From Moniliella sp. 'wahieum' (taxonomy: Eukaryota), in contig RSEE01000073.1 in the NCBI GenBank assembly GCA_003971905.1, positions 62,001-126,000 on the forward strand: 64,000 bases of DNA, written 5' to 3'. The translations under genes were made by a program, and so were the position numbers. The notes under the pieces were generated by a model that saw nothing but the letters and a program-made list of their open reading frames with translations, ran no database searches and was not told the origin of the DNA. This document shows positions 62,600-64,000 of this stretch, one piece after another; position 1 is the stretch's first letter; each line of letters begins with the position of its first letter.

Positions 62600-64000
62600 G
62601 AGGAGAGAATAAAGGACGGAACCGAAGGCGCACACAAGGAAATGTTGATGCTCCCCTAGGTGGGCGTGGGGCGTGGGGAGCTTGAGGCTTGGGGGGTATT
62701 TATGTTGTTCTTAAGAGCCTACGTAGTACAGACGAAAGAAGATTCCAGAAGTATTGACGCGCCAGGCCAGGCCACGCCAAGGGTGGAGGCCGGGTTCGGT
62801 TGGGATCAGGCCGATGAAGCCGGAAGGGACTGGGGGATGGATGCCCACAATGGGCGGCAGCGTGCTGTGAGCACGGCGTAGACCAGGTACCGCCTAACGC
62901 AGTTCACGCGTTCACGGCGCTACGCATCCGAATCCGAGTCGCACAGATCGGCACGCCTCGTCTCCCCATAACAGCGGCAGTGGCTGTAACAGTCGGGGCT
63001 AAACGAGGGAGACCAAGGTCCTGTCAGAGGCGGGGGGAAAGGCAAGATCGTTCGTGGGAGGAAACAGAAGGCATCAGGCAGAGAACAGAAGCAAAAGGGA
63101 AGGGAAGAGCGAGAGACACAGGATGCGGAATTGGAAATTGGAGCGAGCTTAGTCATTCGGTGACAGTGGCCCAGATGGACGATCGGTCGTGGATCGGTGG
63201 CAGCACAGGAGAGCAACCCGGCTGTGGCTGAGTGGGGACATCATGCATCATGCATCACCGGTCACCAACAGCGGTCGCCTGCCTCGACACGGCCAAGGCT
63301 CGGCCCGAGGATGCTCGATCGATAACCCCACAGGATACCCCACAGAGTGGGGTCGGGAGTGTGCGTGCCTGCGCGAGCTGAGTCCTGAGGCTGAGTTCTG
63401 CAAGCGTCGGGTCTCAGGGCAAACGCACTTGCCGGTATATGTCTTGCGTTTGGTGGCTAATACGCGCTACGCACAGTGATGCGCACGTTTTTTCCTGCTG
63501 GGCCGAGCCGAACACAGCCGGTCAAAAAAGCTACACGAGACGGACGAATCAAAGGCCGACAAAACTCAAAAAGGCCGCCTGGGCCACGACCGCCACCGCG
63601 CCAGTGTGGGTGCGCTTTGACAGTGTTCCATATCTGTCGCCGACCTGAGGGGGAGAGGCTGGAAGAGGCAAGGAGGAAGTGGCGCTGGCGGTCAGGCGGG
63701 GGGGGGGGGCGCACAGAACACAACTGAGTGTTCTGTGCTGAGTGGCTGAGTACTATCACAGTTTTGGGGGGCTTTCCCCTCGAAGCCTCACCATTGGGGT
63801 TGTTGGGGGTCGGTTCGCATAGCAAGGTTGTGCGTATGCCCGCAACAAGTAGGACTAGTGTGGCTGTAGATGAGGCTCGGTGCCTGAAACGTTGGCCAGA
63901 AGGTTGACGCAGGTAAAGACCTGAGGGTATGACAGGTCCTGTGATGTCACAGCACTACAACTCCCAACTTTTGTAGTATCGCCGCTGGATCCGTACAGCT

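Overview
GC-rich, intron-poor eukaryotic DNA. Short GT..AG introns with CTAAC/CTGAC branch sites and the gene content point to a basidiomycete fungus, probably Ustilaginomycotina (inference). About 20 protein genes and two tRNAs: PheRS beta, PUS1-like, GT90, ALG3, RPS8, a DUF6533-like membrane protein, a Pcl cyclin, an OGT-like GT41, an expansin-like protein, two GH35 beta-galactosidases, GAPDH, tRNA-Ala(AGC), an F-BAR/RhoGAP, an RRM protein, sphingosine kinase, an ammonium transporter, an orphan ~1000 aa protein, Tea1/Kel1, tRNA-Gly(GCC) and a carboxylesterase. Many conserved genes have single-base frameshifts, which suggests uncorrected long-read indels. The standout locus is 24.4-37.1 kb. 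An intron-containing, Crypton-like tyrosine recombinase gene sits at the junction of a ~4.2-4.6 kb tandem duplication (GH35 gene plus upstream region). It has a perfect loxP/FRT-like palindrome (16-bp arms) ~120 bp upstream of its start codon. A second signal is window-wide: intergenic DNA repeatedly carries 7-bp-phased TCA-N4-TCA arrays whose spacer is usually a variable 4-bp palindrome.
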